DNA of 64,000 bases from Nitrososphaerales archaeon (GTDB lineage: Archaea; Thermoproteota; Nitrososphaeria; Nitrososphaerales; UBA213): assembly GCA_965197925.1 (NCBI GenBank), contig CBDAOC010000020.1, positions 224,001-288,000 on the forward strand, given 5' to 3'. Below the pieces are notes generated by a model, which was not told the DNA's origin, did no database searches, and saw only the letters and a program-made list of their open reading frames with translations. Of this stretch, positions 19,701-30,822 are shown in pieces (within the stretch, counting starts at the first letter, position 1; each line of letters opens with the position of its first letter). The translations under genes and the position numbers were made by a program.

Positions 19701-22199
19701 TTATAATTTCAGCCGGTTCACCATCTCTATCGACAAGAAGTAGAGTTACCCTAACCTGGTCCGTTGACTCTACACCTGCAGTATCAAAGTCAAGCGCCCT
19801 GAATGCTCCTACAGCGATTCTGCTGTCTGCCGAGTCTCCATTTAGATCGATTTGATCCTCTATATCAAAGTCAACTATCTGCGATGCACGTACACAAGTC
19901 TTCAAAGGCAACTGTTGAATTTACTTGATTCATACAGTCAGGATCTACAGCATCTATCTTTGCAAACAATTTGCTGACTCCTTGTGTAGTTTCTAGGTTT
20001 GTGATATCTACATGTAGTAGGTTATACATGGGCATTTCCACTGTAATCATATCATTACTATCAGGTTCTGACATTCTAGCAACCTGCTTGACAAAGTTTT
20101 CTTCCTGTTCGTCAATTGCATTACCGTCTTCTAGGTTATCTACTCTTACTTGGTTGTCAATTTCCTCTTGGGTGAGTTTTGCAGTATATGCCACTTTGGT
20201 AATATCCTCAATGGTTACACTCGTATCAATTATGATCCCGTTTGAATTATCGTCGCCGATCGTGCCTGGAGTAAATGGTATGGAGAACCTGTTATTGTCG
20301 TCCAGGAGTATGCCTACTGATGCAATATCATCTGCAGCAGCATGGAAGTCTTTCACATTAGCTCCTTTGTCGTCTGTACCAAATATTTCTGTGTCACCTT
20401 CGGATGATAAGAACACGGCATTCCATACCTGAAGAACGTTGTCCAGTTCTGGGTTAAATATTCCTGCTGTCCTAGTATTAACTAGGGTGATTGGATCTCC
20501 AACCTCTATTATGTTCTTTGCATCCCTGCCATCAGGTGATTCACTTACAGAACTCCTCAAGTTCTGATCAGGATCTGTTATGGTGAATACTGATCTGTCG
20601 GCAGAGTCGTAAACCTCTCTATCGACACTTGCAAAGCCATCATGTACGGCAATTGGCGCACTGGTGATTATATCGTTGTAATCGAAGCTTGCTACTCTGT
20701 CTCTCTCTCCAGCGAATATTGTTGTTCTGCTACCTTTTCCTGCTTGTCCCGTGTTGAAGAAGCCAGAGTTTGGTTTGGCTGATGCTTCATTGATCCTAAC
20801 TACAGGATGAAGATCTCCCGGGTTTTCAATCGGGGTAGTACCACTGTATACCCATGGTGTCTCTTCTATATCTGTAAATTGTGCAACGGTTCTTCCATTA
20901 TCTACTTCCAGAATGAATCGTTCCGGTACAAAGTTCACCATTCCATTCCTTACACCTGTAGACCACCATTCGTATTATCAAATTGTTCCTTTAGTGATGG
21001 TGAATGTGCGAAGATCCAGACAATTGATGCAACTCCTTCACTATCAAGCTCCAGTACCTGCCTCTCGTCAAAGTCGAGGTCAGGATATATTGGAAGCACA
21101 TCCTGCAAATTAATAGCTCCTCTGGGTGAGTTCATGACCCTGACCGTCCTTCCTGAATCGGGATCCAGGACCATCCAGACTTGGTCAACCTCTTCCGGAT
21201 TTATATTCCATTGAAAGTCGTTGAATTTGTACATAATTTCTGAACCTACTGGATATGATGCCCTGTTGAGGGATGTGGATATGGCGTCCGGAAGTTCATT
21301 GAATGTTAGTGTAACGCTCTCTGAACCTGCCCTGATACCAAGTTGTTCTCTTTGGTTAAGTGGTACCGTTCTTATGTATGGCCAGTCACAGTCGGTATTT
21401 GGTTTATCGAACTCGTCGATGGTACAATTACCATCACCATCCCCTACGTACATAGGGGCACTTGAGTTGTATTTTGCCTACCACTCATACGTGGTGTCTC
21501 ATCTTTGTTTCATCGTTTCTACTTCCTACATGCTGTACTATCAGCACCTCCAGTTGTTACATCGCCTCCACTATCAATACCCCCTTGCCATTTAACTCAA
21601 GATCCCCATTGAGGACAACGGGCGATGTCTCGAAGAACGGCAGGGCCATTGTTGGGAAAAGTATGGATTGCGACACCTCGAAGAATAAACCCGCACCTGT
21701 GGGGGTTATCTCCCTAATCCAGCTCGTGCGTACAGGATTATCATATTTATCCTATGTTATTTCCCGTAAAGGTAAATCTTTCAGCTCCTATATTTCTTGC
21801 AGTAAATGCTGGCTCAGGATCTTGTATTACGATATTGTTATCCCTTACCCCGTCTGTAGAAATGTCAAGATATATGCTGAAAAAGTCCTCCTCCGCAACA
21901 TAGTGGTACCAAAGACCATCAGACAGATGGACCTTTGGGACGTTTTCTCCACGGACCTGAAGGCCTATCGTTGATTCATCCGGGTCTGTAGCAGTGGGGT
22001 GATCTATGACTATCTGTTGGATTTGTGGACCGTAAAAGTGGTTCTCCCACTGTGGGAATTCCGTACCTGAAACCTTTAGCTGAATGGCCTGGGCTTCTGC
22101 TTCCTGTACTGGGAAGAATATGAAGGCACCGAATATTGTTATTGAACTTGTTAATAGTAGTATAGACAATGCAATACTTGTTAATTTTTTATTGTTCAT
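16741..22199 (-). CDS. Main thaumarchaeal-type S-layer protein (~1800 aa), interrupted by several frameshifts or stops in this assembly
   Basis: Collinear ORFs 21747-22199, 20950-21453, 19871-20941 and 16741-19911. Signal peptide then LKVS...ENHFYGPQ...DGLWYHY; DWPYI; repeated ETGxNTGIF and D-D-N acidic Ig-like units; C-terminal QPFAYIVQI...SLSW...AQSW...IFVWES...ALSP. Confidence 0.85.
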
Positions 22200-22206
22200 T
22201 TTTATA

Positions 22207-22244
22207 CACCGTATTAGTCTATGCTCCGCAATTTCAATATATAA
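22207..22244 (-). promoter_or_regulatory. TATA box and GGTG Shine-Dalgarno site of the S-layer gene
   Basis: TTATATAT at 22237-22244 and GGTG at 22207-22210, upstream of the ATG at 22199. Confidence 0.6.
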
Positions 22245-22751
22245 GACTTATGAACAAAATGTCCATTTGTGCAAATAATTGTTAAAATTATATGACTAAA
22301 TCATAAAGTCCACATTTACGCATTTGCAGATATTAGTCGAGGTTTCTTCACAATTAAGCCTTGGCTTTATTCCTAGCCTTATAGTATCTGGGGATTTACG
22401 ACCTTCTTTAGCTATAATGATAACAAAACAGCCTTAATTCAGAATAATAGAACTGAAAACCCTTCCCTTAGGGTAATTGAACTGGAAAGATGTCCTTGTC
22501 TTCCTAATTACATAAAAAAATTGTAACCCTTTGTGACTGCAATACCAATTAATGCAACAAAAAGAATCATAAGATATCCAACAAGAAAAATGGTTTACGT
22601 TGTTTTACATCATATCTCCATAAAAGATAAACTATAACACTGATGGATCTTCTGCATTTCATTTCTTCATCAATATATTTCAAAGCCATAGATAGGGGGA
22701 GGTAATTATATCAAAAAATGCATAAAATATCAAAGCTGATTATCATTTGGG

Positions 22752-23024
22752 TCATATTCCAATCTGTTCAGCCAATCTAACCAATTCCTTACCCCTTTTT
22801 GTGAGTTTGTTGTAGACCCGCCAGTTCCCCTTTCCACGGGTCTTGACATTTTCTCTATCGACCAATCCCAGGTCGTAAGCTTCTACCAAAAGCTTATGAC
22901 CAGTACCCCATTCCTTAAGCTTACTCAAAAGCTCTCTCGTGTAATACCTTTTCTTCCCAATCGTCTTCAGCAGTCTTACGATGGCCTTCTTCTCTATCAA
23001 AATCCTGACAAGTTCACGTTTCAT
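22752..23024 (-). CDS. Small winged-helix transcriptional regulator (HxlR/MarR-like)
   Basis: Basic 90-aa protein with LGLVDRE...YNKLTKRGKEL wing motif; upstream palindrome TTGTTAC-N9-GTAACAA near 23055-23077. Confidence 0.7.
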   Translation of the reverse strand: MKRELVRILIEKKAIVRLLKTIGKKRYYTRELLSKLKEWGTGHKLLVEAYDLGLVDRENVKTRGKGNWRVYNKLTKRGKELVRLAEQIGI

Positions 23025-23247
23025 AGAGTTAAAACATACAGGTAATATATTTAATTGTTACCAAATATAAGTAACAAATTGAATATCGATAACATGCTAG
23101 CACCATGGAATTACGTTGGAAACTTGTAGAAATACATATTATGAAGAATTATAGTAATCCTATGCTAGCAGGTCATACATATAGTGATCATTAGTGTGGA
23201 TCATTTGTAGCATTTATATGCTTCAATTATAGTAATCCTCTAGGTCA

Positions 23248-23655
23248 ATATTCTGTAGTCTGTATTCTAGTCCTAAGGTCAGTCTGTATTCTTCTCCCCC
23301 TAGATCTGCAGTGTGGTTCTCATCATTTTGTCCATTTATATGCTTCAATTATTGTAGTCTGTATTCTTAGTTCTCTAATGGGTATTCTATGGTATTTTAG
23401 TCTATAGTCTGTATTCTGTATTCTGTAGTCTGTATTCTGTAGTCCTATTCTGTAGTCTGTATTCTGTCCTATTCTGTAGTCTGTATTCTGTATTCTGTCC
23501 TATTCTGTAGTCTGTATTCTGTCCTATTCTGTAGTCTGTATTCTGTCCTATTCTGTAGTCTGTATTCTGTCCTATTCTGTAGTCTGTATTCTGTCCTATT
23601 CTGTAGTCTGTATTCTGTCCTATTCTGTAGTCTGTATTCTGTCCTATTCTGTAGT
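23248..23655. repeat. 24-bp tandem repeat CCTATTCTGTAGTCTGTATTCTGT (~8 clean copies from 23444; degenerate copies to the left)
   Basis: Periodicity is directly visible; no spacers. Confidence 0.9.
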
Positions 23656-23694
23656 AATCCCCTATCTAAAATTCAATTGTAAAACAATCTTTCA

Positions 23695-24447
23695 TCAAGA
23701 TAGTATTGATGCTAATATTATCAATGAAGAAAGTCTTGTTACCTCATTTGATGCACCAAACACATCACCTGATACGCCACCAAAATTTCTGTTGGAAATT
23801 CTCAGGAGAAGAAGTGCAATCAAAACAGCAGCTCCCAATGCATATAACCCGGATGGACCAGCGCCTAGATATGCAATTGGTATGGTTATTGCTGTTGAAG
23901 CAAGAATCTTCACTTTATTCTTCATTTGCTCTGTAAAATGTGACCCAATGCCTTCCCAAGCAGCAATTCCCTTATGCGCCTGCATGACCATAACATACTT
24001 TGCAATGACCTCGCTCACAACCATAGCCATCAACAACTTGAAGCCTCCTTGACCTGCTAATGTAGAAATGGCGATAATACTCCCAACAAAATAAAGCACT
24101 AATACAGCTGTGCCAGCAGACCCGGCCCTCGGATCACTCATTACCTTCCTTTTCGAATCCCTATCCCCTTTTGACATCAAGCCATCTGCAAAGTCCGACA
24201 GGGCATCTGTGTGATGTGCCCCCGTAAGTATGAAAAGTCCTCCTGTAGCAATCAAACCTGCAAATAACGGTTGTATTATAATTGAAACTCCCCATGCAAA
24301 TGAACCTACAATTAAACCGATTATCGCGCCAGCTACAGGAAATAGAAACATGTTCCTTGCTATGTACTGAATATCGTAGTTCTTACCAACGGGAATTATA
24401 GTTAGAAATGATGTAAGAGATCTTAACCTGTCTACCAACTTTTTCAT
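23695..24447 (-). CDS. cobS: Adenosylcobinamide-GDP ribazoletransferase (cobalamin synthase)
   Basis: FLTIIP, TGAHHTDALSDFADG, MSDPRAG and GGVSGDVFGA motifs; ATGA overlap with cbiB. Confidence 0.93.
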   Translation of the reverse strand: MKKLVDRLRSLTSFLTIIPVGKNYDIQYIARNMFLFPVAGAIIGLIVGSFAWGVSIIIQPLFAGLIATGGLFILTGAHHTDALSDFADGLMSKGDRDSKRKVMSDPRAGSAGTAVLVLYFVGSIIAISTLAGQGGFKLLMAMVVSEVIAKYVMVMQAHKGIAAWEGIGSHFTEQMKNKVKILASTAITIPIAYLGAGPSGLYALGAAVLIALLLLRISNRNFGGVSGDVFGASNEVTRLSSLIILASILS

Positions 24448-25391
24448 CCCCATAGGAATGATGCAAATATAACGACCGGCAACGCAAATACAATACAAAA
24501 AAGTAATGTTGTAACCTTCATTATTGAAATTGCCTTCTGGCAGTGCTGCGGTGTCAAGTATTCACAACCCTCCCCCAATGAATAGTATTCATTCTTCTCA
24601 AGCCTTACTTTCAGTGCCCCTGCAATGGTAGCCATAGGCCACCCCCCATTGATGCTTGGTGTGTTGTTCCTATCCCTACCCATTATGTACAACGAATTCC
24701 TCCAGTCCGCACCTACTATCCTGGCCGCGATGACCATCAAGAAAGCCGTAATTCTTGCAGGTATAAAATTCGCGATTGTATCCAGATGCGCCGCAAACCA
24801 TCCGATGTTTTTATGGTAAGCATCCTTGTAGCCTATCATCGAATCCAAAGTATTGATCGCTCTATAAGCAAATGCACCTGGAATTCCAAACAATGCAAAG
24901 TAGAATATGGGCGACGTTATACCGTCTACGGTGCTCTCCCCTACACTCTCTAGAGTGGCGGACAAGATTTGTTGTTCATCTAACTGCGACGTATCTCTCC
25001 CAACTATATTCGATAACTCCGTCCTTGCGGTGATTAGATCATTATCTTCCAATGCGCTTATGATAGATTTGGCGTGGGTTTCCATTCCCTTTACTGCAAT
25101 AGTGCTCTTCAACAAAAGTACACCAACAAGGATCAATCCTGCAGTGCCAAAAATCTGGTCAACAAAATGAAGTAGATAAAAAGTTGATAATACCATTAAC
25201 AGGACAATTGCAACAACTGCAACCCCACCCCTGATCACTTCTATATTGGGGTATCTGCTCTTGAGTTTTGGGGTTAGATTACCAATCAATCGTCCAAGCC
25301 ATGCAGTAGGGTGTAGTTTATTGGGGGGATCGCCAATAAGAAAATCAAGAAATATTGTAGCCCCAAGTATCAATACTACCTCTGCGATCAA
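24444..25391 (-). CDS. cbiB: Adenosylcobinamide-phosphate synthase
   Basis: GDPP...HP, IVGRDT, ES..E...DG, YRAINTLDSMIGY and PSINGGWP motifs. Confidence 0.95.
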   Translation of the reverse strand: MIAEVVLILGATIFLDFLIGDPPNKLHPTAWLGRLIGNLTPKLKSRYPNIEVIRGGVAVVAIVLLMVLSTFYLLHFVDQIFGTAGLILVGVLLLKSTIAVKGMETHAKSIISALEDNDLITARTELSNIVGRDTSQLDEQQILSATLESVGESTVDGITSPIFYFALFGIPGAFAYRAINTLDSMIGYKDAYHKNIGWFAAHLDTIANFIPARITAFLMVIAARIVGADWRNSLYIMGRDRNNTPSINGGWPMATIAGALKVRLEKNEYYSLGEGCEYLTPQHCQKAISIMKVTTLLFCIVFALPVVIFASFLWG

Positions 25392-26869
25392 AGCTCCACC
25401 AGCTTTCTGATTCGTTCCATGTTAATGTTGGCCAATACAGTACGACTGAGCCTCTGGATCTGACTATCCCACATCTGATTGGCCTCCATCTCATGCATCT
25501 CAACCTTGATTTTCTTCTTTCGAGCCAAATACGCGATTACACTATTCCTTATTGGAGGAGTGTCAAACAAGCCATAAAGCTGGCAGCCAAAGGCAAGACC
25601 GTCGCTTCTTATAGCACCTTCGGCAAGCTTTACACGATTATCATTCAGCCTAACTATATGGAATAATGGTTGTGATTTATTTCCCCTAATGACCCTGTAA
25701 CCAGAGCGCAGGTAAGCATTCAATATCTCCCCATTATTAGAAACCATTGCCTTACTAGTTGTGAGCTTCATTCCTACATTCCCGGCGATTGCTTTCCCAG
25801 TAAAGACCATAGTGTCGACCAAAGCCAATCCGTCCATCTTAATGCCACCAATTTGTATATGCTTCCCCATCATGACAAAGCCCTCACATATTCCAATGAT
25901 TGGTTTTCCTAGCGATCTGATGCTATCTCCTATTCCAGTCGCCTGTATCCACTTTAGATCATCGATAATATTCCTGCTAGAAGGAAGTAATACCAGATCA
26001 GCATTTGATAGCTTAGCACTGGAAGAAACATGATAGGAATTTATGACTCCAGATGAATTTACCAGAGAATCAAAGTCTGTTAAATTAACAGCATTGGGAT
26101 ACTTGATGATTGCAATGTTTATCTGTTCATGTTCAGGTCTTCCGGCAACGATCCCTAAAGAATCCTCTTTTGGCAGTAACATATCATCAATGAATGGTAT
26201 GATGCCTAAAACAGGCTTCTTGGTAATCTTTTCAATAGATTTTATTGCTGGATCCAGTATTGTTTTATCACCCCTGAATTTATTTATTATAAACCCCTTG
26301 ACAAACTTCCTCTCTAATGGCCTGAGCAAGTGCATAGTTCCTACAATACTGGCAAAACACCCTCCGCGTTCTATATCTGCCACCATGAGAACCGGCGCTT
26401 CTAACATTTTAGCAATTCTCATATTGGCAATATCTTGATCCATAATATTGATCTCTGCAGGACTACCCGCACCTTCGATTACCACAATATCATACTTCGA
26501 TAACTTCTTAATTGCTTCCTTCACGTAATGCATCCCCTTTCGAATGAAATTGCTGTAATAATATTTTGCATGCATGTCCCTGTACATTTTACCCACCAGG
26601 ACAACCCTGCTCACGTAATCGCCCAATGGTTTGAGCAAGATCGGATTCATGTAGGGGCTGGGTTCCGTTCTTGCTGCTATTGCCTGTATTGCCTGTGCCT
26701 TTGCCATTTCAAGACCATCCTTTGTAATATGCAAATTAGAGGACATGTTCTGTGCCTTGAATGGAGCTACCCTATAGCCCATATCTGACAATATCCTGCA
26801 GAGGGCTGTCACCATAGAACTCTTTCCAGCATTTGATGATGTTCCCTGCACCATCAGGAATTTGGTCAT
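25388..26869 (-). CDS. cbiP: Cobyric acid synthase with an atypical glutaminase domain
   Basis: MVQGTSSNAGKS, PFKAQNMS, NPILLKP, EGAGSPAEIN, DIERGG and INKFRGD; the C-terminal GATase motifs are degenerate. Confidence 0.93.
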   Translation of the reverse strand: MTKFLMVQGTSSNAGKSSMVTALCRILSDMGYRVAPFKAQNMSSNLHITKDGLEMAKAQAIQAIAARTEPSPYMNPILLKPLGDYVSRVVLVGKMYRDMHAKYYYSNFIRKGMHYVKEAIKKLSKYDIVVIEGAGSPAEINIMDQDIANMRIAKMLEAPVLMVADIERGGCFASIVGTMHLLRPLERKFVKGFIINKFRGDKTILDPAIKSIEKITKKPVLGIIPFIDDMLLPKEDSLGIVAGRPEHEQINIAIIKYPNAVNLTDFDSLVNSSGVINSYHVSSSAKLSNADLVLLPSSRNIIDDLKWIQATGIGDSIRSLGKPIIGICEGFVMMGKHIQIGGIKMDGLALVDTMVFTGKAIAGNVGMKLTTSKAMVSNNGEILNAYLRSGYRVIRGNKSQPLFHIVRLNDNRVKLAEGAIRSDGLAFGCQLYGLFDTPPIRNSVIAYLARKKKIKVEMHEMEANQMWDSQIQRLSRTVLANINMERIRKLVEL

Positions 26870-27985
26870 TCAGAACTCCTTCAATGCCTTTACAAGCAAG
26901 GTATTTGCCTTATGCCTCTGGACAGCAACTCTGATAAAATCTGTGCCAAGGGCTGTAAATGTACTACAGTCTCTAACCAGTATATTTTTCTTCAATAATT
27001 GTTCTTGAAGAAGTGGTGAATCAATATCGGCAAGTTTGATCAGGAAGAAGTTGGTGTCTGATCTATATGGTTTGTATTGCTTCATCTTTGCAATGTTTTC
27101 CAGCAAATACTTCTTCTCCCTCTTTATTAGACTCCTGGTTTTATCAAGATGTGCAATATCGCCCAACGCAGCTACAGCTGCCTTTTGCGCAAGGGCATTG
27201 ACACTCCAAGGAACCTTTGTCTTATCCAAGACCCATGAGATCTTCTTATTTGCCAAGCAATAACCAACACGCAACCCTGCAAGACCAAAACCCTTCGTCA
27301 ATGTTCTAAGCACCACCAAATTCTCATAATTCTTAAAGGCACTTAGAAAGGAGTTCTTCTGAGGATCATCCACAAAGTCTATGAAACATTCGTCCAACAT
27401 GACTAGTGTGTTATTGTTGTAAGCATGTTCTAATACAGCTTCAACATCCTTTTGATGTGCAAGTATCCCGCTTGGATTGTTAGGGTTACACAGGAACAAA
27501 AGCTTACTCTCCTTATTTATCGCATCCATTATCAATTCTTTATTGAAAGCAAAGTCATTTAGTTCCACGTAATTTATATCCCCAGAATTTTTATCACAAG
27601 AAAATTCGTATTCAAAGAATGTAGGCACTGGGATTACTACCTTATCACCCTTCTTCACAAATGCAGCTGCGAATAGATGTATGAGTTCATTGGCCCCATT
27701 CCCAACCACTACACATTCTTTATCAACACCGGTATACTCCATAATCGCGTTCTTTAATTCCCTTGAATATGGATCTGGATATTCGGAAATCAACTTGAAA
27801 TTCTTCTTTATGGCCGAGATCACCCTTGGTGAAGGGCCTAGAGGATTAACATTGGTGCTAAAGTCCAATAAATTCTCCCTCACACGTTTCTGATAATGAC
27901 TGCCGCCATGGGCCCTTGGACTTGCAACTAGGAAGCCCTCATTCACCAGTGAGTTGACATTTAGATCTCCAGATTTGGTTAACAC
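26870..27985 (-). CDS. cobD: L-threonine-O-3-phosphate decarboxylase (PLP class I/II)
   Basis: HGG...DFSTNVNPLG, GNGANE, CNPNNPSG and TLTKGFGLAGLRVGY; position in the cob operon. Confidence 0.88.
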   Translation of the reverse strand: MLTKSGDLNVNSLVNEGFLVASPRAHGGSHYQKRVRENLLDFSTNVNPLGPSPRVISAIKKNFKLISEYPDPYSRELKNAIMEYTGVDKECVVVGNGANELIHLFAAAFVKKGDKVVIPVPTFFEYEFSCDKNSGDINYVELNDFAFNKELIMDAINKESKLLFLCNPNNPSGILAHQKDVEAVLEHAYNNNTLVMLDECFIDFVDDPQKNSFLSAFKNYENLVVLRTLTKGFGLAGLRVGYCLANKKISWVLDKTKVPWSVNALAQKAAVAALGDIAHLDKTRSLIKREKKYLLENIAKMKQYKPYRSDTNFFLIKLADIDSPLLQEQLLKKNILVRDCSTFTALGTDFIRVAVQRHKANTLLVKALKEF

Positions 27986-28058
27986 GCAGTAGTATAATTT
28001 ACCTCATATTTAGCATCTAATGTTTAGGAAGTCCAGAATTGTTGTATGCGCAAATCAG

Positions 28059-28397
28059 TCACTGTAATCTAGAAAGACTTACATTCATACCCTCTCCTAC
28101 CTTTGGGTTACCCATTCTCTCATAGATCAGTCTTGTTAAAGTTATTTGCATCTGTATGGGAGAGTAAGCGATATTTTGTTTTGGCATCTGAGAGCCCAGC
28201 AATGCAGGAAGCATTTTCTTCAAAACTTCTCTGGTATCTTGATCCAAATCCTTAATGTTATCTATCCGCTGCTTCATTATTTCAACGTGACTTACCTCTT
28301 CAGTCTTAATTTCCTGTTGCAGAGTTAAAGAAAGCAATGCGCCATGGTCTGTAATAGATCTAACAATGAATTCTAAAGTTTGCATCTCTTTGGACAT
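28059..28397 (-). CDS. Hypothetical protein, weakly arcadin-1-like
   Basis: 112-aa ORF with upstream TTTATTA; C-terminal LT...YERMGNPKVGE pattern recalled from arcadin-1-like proteins. Confidence 0.45.
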   Translation of the reverse strand: MSKEMQTLEFIVRSITDHGALLSLTLQQEIKTEEVSHVEIMKQRIDNIKDLDQDTREVLKKMLPALLGSQMPKQNIAYSPIQMQITLTRLIYERMGNPKVGEGMNVSLSRLQ

Positions 28398-28549
28398 ATA
28401 CTCTTCTAAATAATAAATTATTTATGCATTCTTTGCTGCAATAAGCCCCAATAGAACCTCGCTCAACAAGATCAATTTACTGCCTAATGAAGTGAACATG
28501 CACATTTTAGAACAAGACCTGATTCATTACAGTTTGTTCTTGATAGCGT

Positions 28550-29480
28550 ATGCCACAAGAGTATGATATCGGTATAATTGGAGCCAGGCCGCCTGACTCG
28601 GCGGCATTATGCGCATCAAGGCAAAAGTCGAAGACACTTGTTATATCTCAAGAACCGGGAAGTCGGTTGAATTTAATTCCCAAGTTGGAAAATCATCCCG
28701 GCTTCATGCTTACAAGTGGGAATCTTCTCGCAAGAACCCTTGAAAATCAGATCAGTGCATTTGGTCGTAACGTTTGTTCGATCTTGCACGGTTGATAGAA
28801 GAAACCGGAAGAAGCAGTTTCAGAATTGAAAACCCCGGGTAGGGAATTCGTGTGCAAAGCACTGGTTCTTGCAATAGGCAAAATACCGAGGAGCCTCTGT
28901 TTGGATAACGAAAAATCACTCGTAAACAAGGGGGCGCGTCTTACCTCAAAACATGATGCGCCATTTTATCAGAGAAGGATAGCCGCTACTGTTGGAGTTG
29001 GTTCATATCTGGTGGAATCAGCTCTTCTATTGAGCAAGATGGTAGCAAAGGTGTATGTAATCTATAGGACGGCTAGGATGGCTGGTGACAGGAGATATGA
29101 TCGCCGCTCTTGGAACCAAGGACAATGCGGGAAATTTCTAATTCTGGGTAGTTAATTTGAAGGGACGTTCAAATCTGCAGGCATTGGTCGTAAAAGATTC
29201 TGAGGGAAATACGTGTGAGATAAATGTTGACGAAACATTTGATGAAATGGGTTTAAAGATAAATGTTGAATTTATGAAAAATCTGGTTAAAATCAATCAG
29301 AAAGGTGAGATCAAGGTGAACGGCTTGTGAAACGCGTCATCCTGGAATATTTGCTGCTGCGATGCAACATCCAAACCTTACATGCAGGTGATAATAGCTA
29401 CTGGCGAGGGTGCCAAGGCCGGGGGATATCAACCTACAACTATCTGCAAAGACTTGGGTAGACCTGGCATAAGGGCAATC
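28550..29480 (+). pseudogene. Thioredoxin-reductase-like FAD oxidoreductase pseudogene
   Basis: Fragments YDIGIIGA...AAL...ENHPG, KALVLAIG...DAPFY...VGVG, HPGIFAA and QVIIATGEGAKA lie in different frames with many stops. Confidence 0.8.
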
Positions 29481-29839
29481 CCTAACGCTATTGTCATCAC
29501 CAAGATTAGGACGATCGGCACGCCTATCTTCGCGCTTCTACCAACCAACATACCCTTTTTGCTTCATTTCTTGAACTCCCACCAGAAAATCACCCGCTGA
29601 AGGCGTATGGTATTGTAACTTCTCCGGTGAATTAATAGTTGCAAATGGCTACAATTTCTCCAGCGATATCAAGAAATGCTGGTGTTAGTACAGGTCTGCA
29701 CGCACTAACTGCTCGCACCAGTAACACTAGAGACTAAATTCTACAATATCTCACATTATTCTAGAAAGTTCTAATAATTTTGCAGGAAATTCTAGACCGA
29801 TTGTGTATTATGCTTAAAATAGACCCCCCCGTTTAAGCA

Positions 29840-30379
29840 ATGAACAAACTGACAATACCAGGCATACTGGCAGCAACGGTACTGATAGCGGGAATATTTG
29901 CATTGATGCCCGTGGAGAAGGCAGGCACGGTGCACACCGGTTTGGGAGAAAAGTTGACGGCCATACAAACTGACGTGGGCAATGTAGATAAAGCGACAGG
30001 ATTCAGAATACTAAGTGATGCAAATCCTGACATAGACGGTGGAGACAAATGGACGATAGGTTGTAACGCAGACTATATAGTAACGGGAATCGCCATAAAC
30101 ATGAGTGGAACTATTGCTAGTACTGATAGTAACAATTTCCTAGTCTCGGTTTGAGGAGAGCAGGTTGGTGGAGGTAATGATCAAATTATATTTCTGGATC
30201 CGGATCGCTTGGAATTTGAAATTGATGTTGTAGCATTGGCAGCCGAGGACGTAGTAATAACTGCCGAAGAAAAGGGGACGGATGACGGGGACGAAAGCGT
30301 ATTGGTAAGGGTTGTCGTGCAATCGCCATTAGGTGCAATCTGTACGCTAACTCCTACAAATGTGCCTGACCAGGCTTAA
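29840..30379 (+). CDS. Small secreted thaumarchaeal protein with an in-frame TGA at 30152-30154
   Basis: N-terminus MNKLTIPGILAATVLIAGIFALMPVEKAGTVHT; the frame stays open for 74 more codons after the TGA, ending at TAA 30377-30379. Confidence 0.6.
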
Positions 30380-30822
30380 GCCCAACATAAACTTCCTTTT
30401 TTATTTATACAACCCTGCTAAATCAGCCCCTCATCTATTGAGTATCACTAGAGAGCCACCCGACACATCTTATAATATGTTACCAATTATTGGTAACAAT
30501 ATGCCAAATGATCTTCCCCGATCCTCTTTCATTGGCTCGCTTGATCTTGTTTCCCAGGTATCCTGGAGCTTGCACGAAAATCCTGTTTCAGGGACTGCAC
30601 CCTGCCCTTATACCGGCAATAATTATACGGAATTATTGACTTGTTGCACAACCCAGAAATGCTGCAATTTTTTGTCTCATGGCTAGATAATTGAAAATGC
30701 AATCCAGGGGTTCGCACCGCAATGACAGAACAGTCTCGTTATCCGGTAATGGATTTCATGGCTATGCAACAAGCACCTTTAACAATAAACAATTATTAAT
30801 TACGAAATAGGAAAGAATCTAC

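Noticed and set aside
7535..21974. Many 60-240 aa plus-strand ORFs opposite the S8 protease and S-layer genes
   Set aside because: Ser/Thr/Val-rich antisense shadows of acidic genes, with no motifs.
23248..23655. CRISPR array or repeat-encoded protein
   Set aside because: No spacers, and the open frames have no start codon or flanking ORF.
30360..30780. Short ORFs between the secreted gene and asd
   Set aside because: No recognisable motif, and stops occur in all plausible frames.
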